A DNA stretch of 64,000 nucleotides from Dimorphilus gyrociliatus (GCA_904063045.1 CAJFCJ010000006.1:4790408-4854407); one strand, 5' to 3'. Positions 37,801-50,679 are shown, counted from the first letter of the stretch. Translations and numbers: made by a program. The notes: generated by a model from the letters alone, not told the origin.

Positions 37801-39298
37801 AATATTAAGAAGATGTTGAATGATTTACAAGCTAAAGTGGATGCGAAACATAATCAATTTAAGAAAGCTTCAGATAATATCGATAGTAAGACTAAGATTT
37901 TGAACGATTACACCGCTGAGGCATGTGAGCGCTTTGAAGAAACGAAAAATAGTTTTACAACAATGGGAGAAGAAAATGTTGAGAACGTTGTTGATCTAAA
38001 ATCTCTTCGAGGAGAGCACAGCGAAAAGATCGATAGAATACGCAATAATCACTTTGAAGAGAATGCGGAATATCTTGAAAGAGTATTTATTCTAATTACA
38101 ACAATTTTGTTTATATGGTATTTATATCGTTTTTGTTGTTTAGATTACAGCAGGAATAAGTAATATTGGAATTAACATTACGAAAGAAAGAAAGAACTTA
38201 CGAAGAATTACCGATAATCGAAATAAGGTCTGTAATTCGAATAGTCTTATTTAGAGTGTTTCGATTTTTGTATAAAAAACGTCCTTATCAAATTTCAGTT
38301 CCAAGAGGAACAGTTGGAAAAGGAAAAATCACTACAAGCTATGTTTTTGGATAATATTGATAAAACAATTACAAACGGATTGGAAGATGAGACGACACGC
38401 AATGATGAGGCTAATAAGCATATAGACGATATTAAACTAAATGTTTCTAAACATTATACGACAACGAAAGATAAATTAAAGAATTTTGATGAATCACTTC
38501 AAGATTGTAAAAAACATTGCGATGGTATGTCAAAAGAAACAAACGACTTTTGCAATGACCAATCAAATATTGCCGATAGGTAATAGATCATTTTGTAGTT
38601 ATTATTTAGTCCTCTCTAGATTTTATCCTGATCAATTTTCTCTTTCGTTTTATAGATTTGTTTCTGAACTACAGAGGACAGTACCTACTGGGGAAACGCC
38701 AGTTCGTAAACAATATACATATCCAAGAGTTTTCTCACAAACAGACAGTCATGGAACTATTATTGAAGAATTTAGAAGTGTTTATGATAAAATGACACTT
38801 CCTAAAGAATTACCAAAAGCCGATAAATCAGATATTTTAGAGCCTGTTTTAAAGGTACGACTTTATAATCAATGTTTTTGTACCTCTTTGACATTATTCT
38901 AATATGACTAAACAAAAACACACAGGATGACATTGAAGAGCCAGAGATTATATCAAAATTTGAATTGGAAGATCCTGAAGAAACTGAAGTCAGCTCAACT
39001 AAATCTGAAGAAAGTGAAGCGAGTAGAACATCCAGTCTTGCGGTTAGTTGTAATAATATTTGCATTTCATTAATTTATTATTTTATTATATTTATATATA
39101 TATATATTTATTTATTTATTCTTACTATTATAGAGTATGGAAAGCACTAAGGAAAACTTGGCTCCGGATGATAATGAAGTTTTCGTTAAGCCAACGAGCA
39201 TTAAGCGAACAGCATCTATCAAATCAAAATCTAGAGTAAAAACACCCAGTCTGGAGCGAAAGAAGGCACCCCTAAGATCGAACTCAAAGAAAACCTAA
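34877..39298 (+). CDS. KIF11: Kinesin-5 (Eg5/BimC)
   Basis: [23 protein letters not shown]-type switch I (NAHSSRSH), [21 protein letters not shown]; coiled stalk; BimC box [14 protein letters not shown]; tail KEN box (TKENL). Confidence 0.96.
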
Positions 39299-39438
39299 AA
39301 TGTCAATTTTCTCAAAAATCTGTGTGCTTCAGAAGATGATGAATTAGATATTCTCCTTCATTTCCCCCTAATTATTTTCAAACCCATTTAAATTATACTC
39401 TATAAATATTCGCACATATATATATTTACTTTGTACAG

Positions 39439-39473
<35 letters not shown>

Positions 39474-39825
39474 TGCAAGAGCGTTTATTAACATTTTCTA
39501 CTCTTTTTAACAAAAACGATATATTATATACATAGGGCTCTATACAGCTAAAAGCAACCCTAACGTTTTTAATATTTTAATTTTTTAAATATAGAAAAAA
39601 AAAGTCAATTTTGTCTTTCTCTTTGTTTTTCTATCTTAGTTATATTAACCGTTTTATTAGATTAAATTGTTAAAACGCTAACCGCCCACAAAAAACTAGT
39701 CCAGTTTTATTCTTAATGCTACTTTTAGCATCTTTAAATAGGATATGATGTTTATATTATGTCACTTAAATATTTGAAATATTCAAATTTTCTTCTATTT
39801 GAATTGATCATTAACAAAATAAATA

Positions 39826-40524
39826 ATGTCTTTAAAGATGCTTATTGGACTTGCTTTAATTTCCATCAGTTTCCTGGATGGTTTTAACTGTAAATGTGCA
39901 ATGGACGACAAGCGTAGAATTGTACAAATTAGCGAAACGTGTCAAACGAAAGCTGATTGTCGTGATTGTTTTTCGAATAGCAACGAACTTATTCCAAAGG
40001 ATTGTTATCCTTTATACAAAAGTGCAAAGGATATGTGTAGTATTGGATCGGGTGAAAACGTTTGTGATAGGTTGATTCGTGAGGCGTACAGAACGTGTGA
40101 GTGGACGCATGACTCTTGTTCAGAGTGTTTTTCAAGAATCAGTAAGTAGCTTATCTTCTCTTATTGCTGTTTTAACTGACACAAACAAATTTTCCTCAAA
40201 GTTGATAGAAATCAATGTCCTAACGAACTGGAAAGAGCGAAATCGTCTTGTTTAGAAAATGTGGAAAAATCGAATTTTGAAGATGAAAATCCTAAACCAA
40301 TTGATTTAAAAGTGGAAAAAAACGAAACGACAGATTGTACAAAGTTAGTCAACGACTGTATAAAACTAGAAAAGTTGCATTGCAGAAACTGCGTAGATAA
40401 TCATATGAAGAATAATCAGTGCGCATCAAACTTCAGGAATGCACAATGTCCCAATTCATCAAAGTCGATTGTGTATAATATACTTACACTCATGATTTGT
40501 TTTTTATTAAAGAATAGTCTATAA
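39826..40524 (+). CDS. Orphan Cys-rich secreted, probably GPI-anchored protein, 212 aa
   Basis: Exons 39826-40141 and 40202-40524 (639 nt); signal peptide; 19 Cys with three CxxC motifs; C-terminal NSS + spacer + hydrophobic tail. Confidence 0.75.
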
Positions 40525-40622
40525 ATATTATGCATAATCTACGCAAAACAGAAAAATATGATATGTAACTTTTCATTAATTTATATCTTCGAAAGCAATA
40601 TATAAACAGAATATATTTTTTA

Positions 40623-41755
40623 TTAAAAGTTTAACAAACCCAACTCTCTGATAGCCTTATATTGATCAGGAATTTCCATCAAAGCGTTAAGGGCGAATGC
40701 CGCGTCTGAGTATTCTCCTTGACTTCGTAGTTTGTTATAATTAACAAACTGAAAGTTATCGAATTTTCTTTGTGGTAGTCTGTCGTCGTAGTTTTCCATT
40801 TCTTCCCATGGACCATCTCCAACTCCTATTAAAATTATCGATAACGGCCAGTTCGAAGCATCGATTATAGCTTTTCTTGTAGGTGCTTCAGAAGTCATTT
40901 GCCCATCGGCAATAATTACCAAGATATGATACTGGAAAAAGGAATAGAAGTAGGAGAGGAGACAAGGACATAGAAAAAGAGGGGAGAAAGAGATAAAGAG
41001 AGAGAGGCAAACAAACAGAAAGAGGGGAGGGAAGATTGAGTAATGTATATTTGTATATTAAGTTTATTTAAAGTTATATCCAATAACTTACACTCTTAGT
41101 TTGTTGTATGATATCTATAGCTTTGTAAATTAAAGGTGCAAAGCTTGTCGGTCCACTCATTTTAACTCTTTTCGCTAGTTGCGTATAGGCTGATAGTGCA
41201 TCATGGAATCCTCTACAATATCCTTCTTCGCGGAATGGGAAAACGCTTACATCTCTGCTTGTTACATCGCCAAAACCAAAGCAAGGTATAATATTGTCGT
41301 CATCGAATTTTTCTATCGCACTTCCAAGAATTCGAATGACTTGTTGATATGGATTCAATCCACCAATGCTTACATCATGTAAACACCGACCTTCAAATGT
41401 TTTTCTACCTTGCCATTCATTACTCTTAGTAAAGTCAACTCCTATAAATATTATCTAAATTATTTTATAATTCACTTTCGAGTTGCTTCATTTCGATAAA
41501 AGTTGAAAGAATCTTACCGAATATTATGTTTGAAGACTCTAATCCTGCAGCTCTTATAGCTTCGCTAACATCTTCTATAGAGTGAAATCTATCAGCAATT
41601 AATTGAAATTTTTTAGTTCCATACAGTTGAAAGAAAGAGTTTGATTTCACTTTTGTTAACTTTCGATTTTTGAACCATCGAACCAATAACCAAATTATAA
41701 CTACTACAATTACTAAAGGTAAAATATAAGAAGTATGAATCTCTCTTTCAGTCAT
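40623..41755 (-). CDS. Copine/RGLG-type vWA-only protein with N-terminal transmembrane anchor
   Basis: [64 protein letters not shown]; no C2 or RING domain seen. Confidence 0.85.
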
Positions 41756-41780
41756 CTTCGCAAAATAAACATATTAATGC

Positions 41781-41800
41781 TTAAATACACGTGTATTTAA
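41781..41800. repeat. Perfect 20-bp palindrome TTAAATACACGTGTATTTAA
   Basis: Self-complementary with a CACGTG core, 26 bp upstream of the copine-like ATG. Confidence 0.9.
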
Positions 41801-41996
41801 TCAAATCTTTACGTAATCTTTCAATATTTTGCAATTCTATAATACATGTAGAATTAATACATGTTGTTGGATATAATTAAATTAATTAATTAATTCGGTT
41901 CTATTTAATTGAATGAATTTTTTTTCGGATGTTTTAGTATATTGGAATGAAATTATGTGCGGACCTTTGGTAAGTTAAACGCGACTATTTTGTGAA

Positions 41997-42004
41997 TTTC
42001 CCGC
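41997..42004 (+). promoter_or_regulatory. E2F consensus site TTTCCCGC upstream of RFC4
   Basis: Exact TTTSSCGC match ~200 bp before the RFC4 ATG; RFC genes are typical E2F targets. Confidence 0.45.
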
Positions 42005-42205
42005 GTTTTTCTTAATACACTTCTTCAATACTACGAAAATCTATTAAAAAAAGGGAGAAAATCATATTTTCTTAATTCTTTTAAAAGAAAATATCAAAGT
42101 AAATTTATTAATATTTACAAAATAATTCATTTATTTTAAGGTTTTGCATTGTTGCGCCTATGGAAATCTTTTACCTAAATATCGCCCTTTTGTATATTTT
42201 TGCAG

Positions 42206-43857
42206 ATGTATGCATTTTTGAAAGGCGGCGTACCACCTCCAAAGAAGCCAGAGAAACAAACACCTCAAAGAAAAAATATACCATGGGTTGAAAAATAGTA
42301 AGTTTAATAAAAATTAATAATATTGATTTTAAATGGTTAAACATTCTCAGTCGACCAAGATCTGTTAACGATATCGCCTACCAAGATGAAGTTGTTGCAG
42401 TATTGAAGAGTATCGTTAAGAACTATGATGTAAGATATAGCAATGATATTAATCGAGAAATTGCTGATCAAACGCCTAACAATTCATTCCATAGATGCCC
42501 AACTTGCTATTTTACGGCCCTCCAGGTACAGGAAAAACCTCAAGTATCTTGGCGATGGCTAGACAGCTTTACGGGTTTGCATAGGAGAATTCTTTCCCCT
42601 CTTGAAAGGAGAAACTAATTGTATTTTTCTGTATTTATAGAGCTCACTATACTTCTCGAATATTAGAACTAAACGCATCCGACGAAAGAGGTATCAATGT
42701 AGTGAGAGAAAAGGTGAAATTATTCGCCAGACAAACAGCAAGTTCCTACCTTCCAGAGTAATAATATTTACATTAGATCGTTATCTATTTATAGTACAAT
42801 GAAAGTGAATTATATACTAATGATTAATATTTTATTTTAACAGTGGAAACAGATGTCCACCATTTAAAATAGTTATTCTTGATGAAGCTGATTCAATGAC
42901 AAACGCAGCTCAAGCAGCTTTAAGAAGAACTATTGAAAGTGAAGCGAAAACCACCAGATTTTGTTTAATATGCAATTACGTTAGTCGAATAATAGAACCT
43001 TTGGCTTCGAGATGCGCCAAATTTCGCTTTAAATCTCTCTCAAACGATGCTATGACAGACAGGCTTAAATCTATTTGTAAAGATGAAAATATTAAATGCT
43101 CAGACGAGGTAAATAAAACTAAAAAAACAAGACTATTATAGAACATTCTAACACAATTATAATTATAATATTCAATTAATTCATTCATCGAATTAGGCTT
43201 TAGAAACCTTACGTAAAGTATCCGAAGGTGATATGAGAAAATCTGTTACGTTTTTGCAAAGTTGTGCTAGAGTATGCGGAGAAGAGACTATAGAAAAGAA
43301 TACCGTACTGGAAGTTGCAGGAGTTAGTATACAAATAGAGATAAAGAATATATTCATTGAAAAATACTTATCATATTTACTGTTTATTCTGTTTTTTTTT
43401 TTTTAAAAAAACAATTTAAAGGTTATTCCCGACGAAGTTATAAAGAATTTTATTGATAAATGCTCGAAGAATTCGCACTTTTCGCTACAAACTGCTGTAG
43501 AAGTTTGTATATTAATAATAAATAGTGACTTTTTAACGATTTATTATTATTTTTATTAATATTATCAATAGAAATTAGAAATGAATGGTTATTCAGCTTC
43601 ACAATTAATTTATCAACTGCTGGATGTAATTTTGAATAACGACAATATTGATATGAAGAATAAGGCAAAAATATGCGAAAAGATAGCGGTAAGTGACACA
43701 ACTCTGACTATTAGCACATTTTATATTAATTAAATAATATAAATGATATAATTAATTGAATTAGGAAGTGGATTATCGATTAATAGACGGCGCTGATGAA
43801 TATCTTCAATTAATGGATTTGGGAAGTGTTTTATTGGAAAATTTACCCAACTACTAA
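42206..43857 (+). CDS. RFC4: Replication factor C subunit 4
   Basis: [61 protein letters not shown] motif; C-terminal [14 protein letters not shown]. Confidence 0.95.
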
Positions 43858-45082
43858 CCACTCTATTCAATACTGTTCAATTAACACATTGACTAATAGA
43901 AGAGAAAAAAAATATCATTTTTTTACATCTGTTATATACAACTTTTGATACACAACGTGTTATTGCGTATATTTTATCCATTTCCACCGTTTCTTTTATA
44001 ACTAACTTAAAAAGCTGATATATGAAGCAAACAATTGAGATTTATGCAGCAAACTAATGATAAATTATATTTTTATATTTGTTATAAAGATGTGTTTGTC
44101 ATGTAAATATCGTATAAAATGATTATCTCGTAAGCTTAATACAGTATACAATATATATGCTATATTAGGGTAACTAGCTAACTAATAGCATGATTTTCGC
44201 TAATAGTTTTATCTATTGTCATAAAACAGTCGAAAATTCGTGTATATATATGATATTATTCAACCTTGTAATGATCTATCTTGAGCAAAAGCTTCAGCGT
44301 TTGATAAGAATGACAAATAGTCATTCATAAACTCACCGGAATCTTATCAGTGTTATATTGGGTCAATGCCCGTTGTATCACATATATACTAATACATATA
44401 TATAAAGAGGTTTACTTGGACTATAAAATATAAAAGAAGAACTTGTTTTGAAGTATTAGTGAAAGTTATATTTTCAGTGTTTTCATTTCAAATTTAATAG
44501 AAATTGTTCAGTTTGAACAATACGCAACGAGAAGCAAGGAAAAAAATATCAAAATATTCATCATATCTGAATATTTAAATATCACATTGAAAATCACTAA
44601 ACAGACTGCTTTTCTTTGAGAATAGACTCACACATAGCATGAGTAATTTATATATGCTGTCTGTTTTGGTCCTCGTAAGGAGAGGAACAAGTAAATACCT
44701 TTTTTCTGGTCAACAAATGAACTAAATTGGAAATATAGAAACAAACACTAAAAAAATCAAAACATACACATATGAGTAGAAATATTTTGTCGTGAAAAAT
44801 AATAAACCAAATGATTAATGCAGTGCATTAACTGGTGAATATCGGAGAGGATTAGACTGGATTGTCTGAACATGATTTTCCTTCAAGAAAAAAAAAACAA
44901 GAAATAAGGACAAACATTAAAATATTTCGAGAAGACGAAGACAGAAAATAAAAAGAGAAAGAAAGAAAGAATGAGAACGAAGAGAGCTAATAAGTTGAAA
45001 ACAGCTAACAAAGAAAAAAAAACAAAAACAAAGAATATAGAATCTTTATAATATTTGTCTTCTACTTGATTTATACGAACAA

Positions 45083-46464
45083 TTAGCTGTCGTGTACTTG
45101 CTTATTTTTGTTTAAAACGCTCTTAAACACCTCAATTAGGTTGGTCAGTCCGAAAAGATAGCCCTGATCTAGTCCAACATGCAGCACCTCATCTTCAACA
45201 TATGCGCCGTTGGTAGTATGCGCAAAGTCTATCATTCTAACATCGACATTAGATTTAACAGTTCCCTGTTTTCCTTCGTAAATTATTAACAGAGATGAAG
45301 AATAAAATCGCCAACAGTTTAGTTGTTCAACTACAGTCTTTAGAGTATTTAATCTTGAAATTATTTCTGGAATGACATCAATTCGAATACCATTTCCGTT
45401 ATCAAGAAATTCCAAAACAGTTTCTTTAAAACCCTGGCTTGAAAGCGTTCTTCCATGATACTTATTATGACATAAGTATTTGTCATCATCCTCTCGGAAT
45501 ACCTGATTTTTTTGAAGAAATAAAGAATAATGTCAAATCTAAATACAGAACAAACAAAGCGCAAAAAATTGTTTACCTGCATACCACAAAGGCGGACTCC
45601 TAATGAAGAAGATGTTGACATGGCACACTTGGCTTTCTGTAGTTGCTTCTTTTCAAACGTAGCATCATCTCCATGTTGTCTAGTACCCATTTTAAGATCT
45701 AAAACGCAAGGACGGCTATAAACGGATGTCACATCTTCCAATAAAATATAATTCCTGGGAGCAGAACCATGGCGGCTGTGAAGCTTTTTCAGACTTTCTT
45801 TACAAAAATTAACACTAAAAGGATTTAAACTCTCTAAGCGAGTTTCTGTTAATTGCTGATTAATAATTTGTCTGATTTGTTCTTCAGAAACATCTGTGCA
45901 ATAGTTTGAGTTCGATGTTGAATCAGCTCTTTGTAGAGAAGACTTTTTATTCCTTGAGAGTAACAATGCACTATGGTTAGAATTTATAGGCTTTATAGGT
46001 TGGCCGAAAACTTTCACATCATTTTCTATCATTTGAAGACGAACTTCAATTAAACCTGAAATTAATAGATACATATTTGTAACATATTTAAAAATGATCT
46101 GCTCAAAAGGCTTGAGAAAGATTTCGTAGAGCGATTTTAAATTACGTACCCCTAAATTCCGGTACAAATGACTGTAATTCTTTGGGTAACGATAAATAAA
46201 AATAATATTCCCTTTTAATAAACGCCTTGCAAAGTGTAGATGAACTATATTTAAAAATACACGCATGGCCTCCAACCTGTATTCATTTTACAAAAAAGAA
46301 ACCCTGTTATATAAGCTATTTTCTATTCAATTATACTGTTTATATACTAATCATAAAATGAGAAAGGATTGAATAAAAAAATTTACCTGATGAGTGAAAG
46401 GTTCCAATGTAACTACTTCACCGTGTTTAATAAATTCTACTTTTTCTTCCTCAACTTCAGGCAT
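45083..46464 (-). CDS. IP6K: Inositol hexakisphosphate kinase
   Basis: LEPFTHQ/VGGH, PCVLDLKMGTRQHGDD, YSSSLLIIYEG, RMIDFAH, DQGYLFGL. Confidence 0.92.
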
Positions 46465-48477
46465 ATCATATTATTTCTATTTATTCTGAGGTGAAGAAAA
46501 CAAAGTTTAAGTTACTAGTAATAACATACAATAGGATTTTTTTGTACATAAACTTTTTTCTCTATAAGATGTTCTCTCCATTCAACCTAGATTTTGGAAT
46601 GTATATATATATATATATATAAAACCTGTATAATATACAATATATACTAATATAAATTTATATATATATACATATATATATTTTAAATGGATTATTTATA
46701 TAACGATTTTTCAAAAAAATACATACTGTATATACTGTATATATTTATATACAGTATATATGCAAATATATGTTATTTTCACATTTGATACACCATATAA
46801 TATCTTTATTATACTACCTAGTAATATAGAAATTTACTCTGCGCTGTCCTAGTGCAGAATGAACAAGGCGCTAGGTCTTATCAGTATTGACCCTATGCTA
46901 TATTTATCGTAAAACGTCATTTTAGCAACCAGAATGACTAGTCTGATCAGCTATGTAAACAGAAACCTGATATACTGGACTCAACTATTCAAGGGTATAC
47001 AAGGGAAAAAGAATATATGTATTAGTATATATATATTTATTCATATGGGCGTAATCTTTTTCACAAGAGAGCATTTTGTAGAAAAGAAATCTTTAGCAAG
47101 CGTTTTATAGGATAGGCTGTTCCACGTATGAATCATTCTATAATAAACGTTGTATAGGATTAGTGAATTCAATGAAAAATACTTTTTCGACAAACAATTT
47201 ATGCAACAACTTTCAGACTGGCCTTTTGTTATTATATTAAAATGTGCAAGTTTTAATATATTATTAACAAATACTCTAGCTGAATCAATAATACCTAATA
47301 AGTTATTGTGGATATTTTGACATTTCGAAATCTTTTTACGTCTTTAACTTTTTGCTATATTTCTTTAGGTAACATACTTAGACTCTTGTCTAAAATTTTT
47401 GTGTAATTTTATGATACCATTAGTTGCCTGAATTTGGAAGCGCCTTCAAAGTTTCTCTGGTTTTTTATTATACATACTCTACGTCTCTGACTTATAGGAA
47501 GGTGTTGAGCACATTGATGATCGATTCAATATTCCATCTATAATGCAGATCTAAGTGCAGTGCAAAAAACTTTGAATTATTTGCTGATGAAGAACATTAT
47601 ACTTCTAACTCCTTTTGATTGTTTTATCTTCGATTCAAAGTGTTCGATTATTTATCAGTCTAAGTTCATCTTATAAAATCAAATCTTCCAGCTGTTTGGT
47701 TCTACTGAGACAAAAGGCCTATTCTTTGTTGCTTATTCATAGTTTATAGGGCAGTTTCATTTGGCAATTCGTCAATAACATTAATAATAGGCATGTTTTC
47801 TTTTTTTAATCTTATATAACTTCTGCGGACCTTGTCTTATTTCTGAGCATTTGTTTTTGTATTTTAGCAACAACATTTCCCTAATGTTGTCTGCAAGATG
47901 AGAATGTTTCTTTGCAGTTATATCTCCGTGCTTTTCATCAATTTCCCCTCTCGTTGCAAATCTTTATTTAATTAACATATGTACTTTGCAAGGAAATGTT
48001 GAAAACAAGATAGCGTTATTTACTATCTCAATAGTTATGGATTTCCTGAAAATTGGCCTATCCTACATAAATTTTTATATTAAACAGTCCACACACGTGA
48101 AATACTGTACCAATATACATATAGTGTATATATGCATATACAAATATATATATATATATATATATACTGTATATATGTATATACAATAAAGAGTTTATTA
48201 AACTTAATTCAACATATGTCGAAACAACCGATTAACCAAAAAACTAATATAAAAAGAAACTACAAATTTTCAACAAAAATAATCAAAATTAACAACCTTT
48301 TATGATTATTATCATAAATACAGGGTGATATCATTTTTTTTAAAAAATGATTAAAATGTCAGACTATAAAAAGAAATTATTTCTTATTTTAGAGCATTAA
48401 ATTGATTTATAACTATATCCATTTGTATGTACAGAGAAGGGAGAGGAAAGAAAGAATGTATATTAGATATGAAGAGC

Positions 48478-49587
48478 TTAATCACAAGTATTATTATCGG
48501 ACTTTAAAATCATTAATGCGTCCTTTTTCTGTTTAAAATAATGTTCAAAACGAATAAGTGCGTAATCGAGATATGAAAAATTGATTGTTGCAACATGCGC
48601 TTGAACGATCGACCATAGACCCCAGAAAAAATGTGATGCTAATGTAAACGCAGCAACTTCTTTGTATAAATTATCAAGTTCTCGGTCAAAATTAATGTTT
48701 TCGTCTTCCATTTCCGCTAAATAATGTCTAAAAAAGTGATATTGTTGTTTCTTTGTCGGATATTTGCTGATATCAGCTAGGTAATATGGATGTTCTGCAT
48801 GTGAATAATCGTAGCACCACTCAACGAAATGATTTGCTATGTCATACGCTCTATAGTTATATGAAGAATATTCAAAATCAATTGCTTTCAGTTTCCAATC
48901 ATCTGGTTCATCCGAATTTTCGATAAAGAGTATATTTCCCTCCTGCATGTCATTATGACAAAAAACAACTGGACTATGTACTTGTAGCAGTATGCTTTTT
49001 AATTCCGTTTCTTCCTTGGCTAAGCCCAAAGATAATAATCTTTCTAGTTTGGCAGTGTTCTCAATCTGTTCGCTGTCGAATGACACATTATTTAAGACTT
49101 CATCTAGATATCTTGTAATTGTTTCAAACAGCCACTTTGGTTTTTTCACTAGTGGCATGTTTAATTTATGAAAAGAGGCCATAATCTTTGCACACTCGGA
49201 TGATATACTAGGAATTGCAAGTTCTTCAGTATAAAGATGCCTAGAGTTGACGTATTGCTCAACTCTTCCACCAGTAAAAACACCATATAATTTTGGTCCA
49301 AGGCCTTTTTCGGCTAATGATGTAAATACAACGGAATCGATCACAACAGTTTCTGGATCCTCGTGTATAATTTGTCCGTAAATACGGACAAGAACCTTAG
49401 GCGGAACATTAGAATTATCGGAATGGGGCAATATATGATTTGGTAGTGCACACATATACAAATGATTGCTCAACCCTCCGGTTATCATACTGAAAACAAA
49501 ATCATCCATCGTAACTTTCAACCACGCTCCACCTAAAAAATCCTTGCAGATACTCAAACATTTTTCTTTCATCTCGATGTCCTCCAT
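48478..49587 (-). CDS. Choline/ethanolamine kinase, intronless
   Basis: GGLSN, RIYG, Brenner motif FCHNDMQEGNIL, IDFEYSSYNYRAYDIANHFVEW, SHFFWGLWS. Confidence 0.93.
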   Translation of the reverse strand: MEDIEMKEKCLSICKDFLGGAWLKVTMDDFVFSMITGGLSNHLYMCALPNHILPHSDNSNVPPKVLVRIYGQIIHEDPETVVIDSVVFTSLAEKGLGPKLYGVFTGGRVEQYVNSRHLYTEELAIPSISSECAKIMASFHKLNMPLVKKPKWLFETITRYLDEVLNNVSFDSEQIENTAKLERLLSLGLAKEETELKSILLQVHSPVVFCHNDMQEGNILFIENSDEPDDWKLKAIDFEYSSYNYRAYDIANHFVEWCYDYSHAEHPYYLADISKYPTKKQQYHFFRHYLAEMEDENINFDRELDNLYKEVAAFTLASHFFWGLWSIVQAHVATINFSYLDYALIRFEHYFKQKKDALMILKSDNNTCD

Positions 49588-49996
49588 CGTTATGATTTTT
49601 ATGATATATTACTTCGCAAACTGTGAGTTAATGCGAAATGATCAAAGGTAGCTGATAAAATTTTGATAAAACTAGCTCTTTGCTAGTTTAAGTGTGGAAA
49701 TGGCTGACTAGGTTGGTGAGTTGGAAATGTCCGGCATGACTCATATATGTGTACAGGCGGATCTTACGTGGGTACAAACAAGTCAATCATAATTTTACAA
49801 ATATTCAAGCAACATACATTCTCGGCACAATTTACAGTATTAAAAGTGTCTTTTAGAGAAAAGTTAGTTACAAATCACGTAAATAATCTTACCTTAACTT
49901 GTTCTTTCGCTTTTAGCGCCCTCTACTACAAAACATGGCGGCATTGGCTACAATCACGTGATATTACTAAATTAGTTCTACCTCGTTATTAGTAAA

Positions 49997-50611
49997 ATGT
50001 CATCAACAGGCCAAACAATAACAATCTGGCTTGATGTTCGAAGACATTATTTGGGTCTGGAGAATGTGAATCAGATAGATGTGGAAGACGACCTAAGATG
50101 TGTTGAGTTACCCTACGGATGTTCTACAGTGGAAGCGCAAGAATTAATTAGAGATGCATGCAATCTGCCAAGCACTGTTATTCTACAATTGCGCAATCAT
50201 AGAAATTCTCTAATTGCAATCAATGGAAGATTGACAATCACATCAAAATATCAACCATATATCTTGGAAGCTGTTCGTCCTTATCAGAATGTTAAGGCAA
50301 AGCGTCGAGCCAACAAGGATCAAAAGCGTATAGACATCTTTAAAAAAATTTTGAACAGGTAAAATACGCTGAAATTTTTTTTTTTAATATTTATAAAAAA
50401 ATGGGTCTTTTTGTTTATGCAACCTAACAGCTATAAGATACGACTTCAGACGGTGGAAGACAAGCTTCCAAGTTGTCAGGAGAGAAGAAATCAAAAATTG
50501 TTGATGGAATTACTAGAAATAGACAAACAATTAAATTTTCTTCAAAAACGATTTCAAGATGCCGATCGAACAACGTGGTCGGGCATGTTTAAAAAGACAC
50601 CATTATGGTAA
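49997..50611 (+). CDS. Uncharacterised two-exon protein: PDE9-N-like domain + coiled coil + conserved-looking aromatic tail
   Basis: Intron AG/gtaaaa...cctaacag/C joins LNS-YKIRLQ in frame; ends WSGMFKKTPLW*. Confidence 0.7.
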
Positions 50612-50679
50612 ACTTTACATAAAACTAAAATGTTTTCTCTTAAAAGTAAATGCTTTAACGACAAAACAATATTAGTCTT

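Noticed and set aside
47400-47960. Coding-looking minus-strand stretch (ATRGEIDEKHGDITAKKHSHLADNIREMLLLKYK...)
   Set aside because: Open for only ~60 codons, then many stops. No start, splice partners, terminal repeats or recognisable transposase motif.
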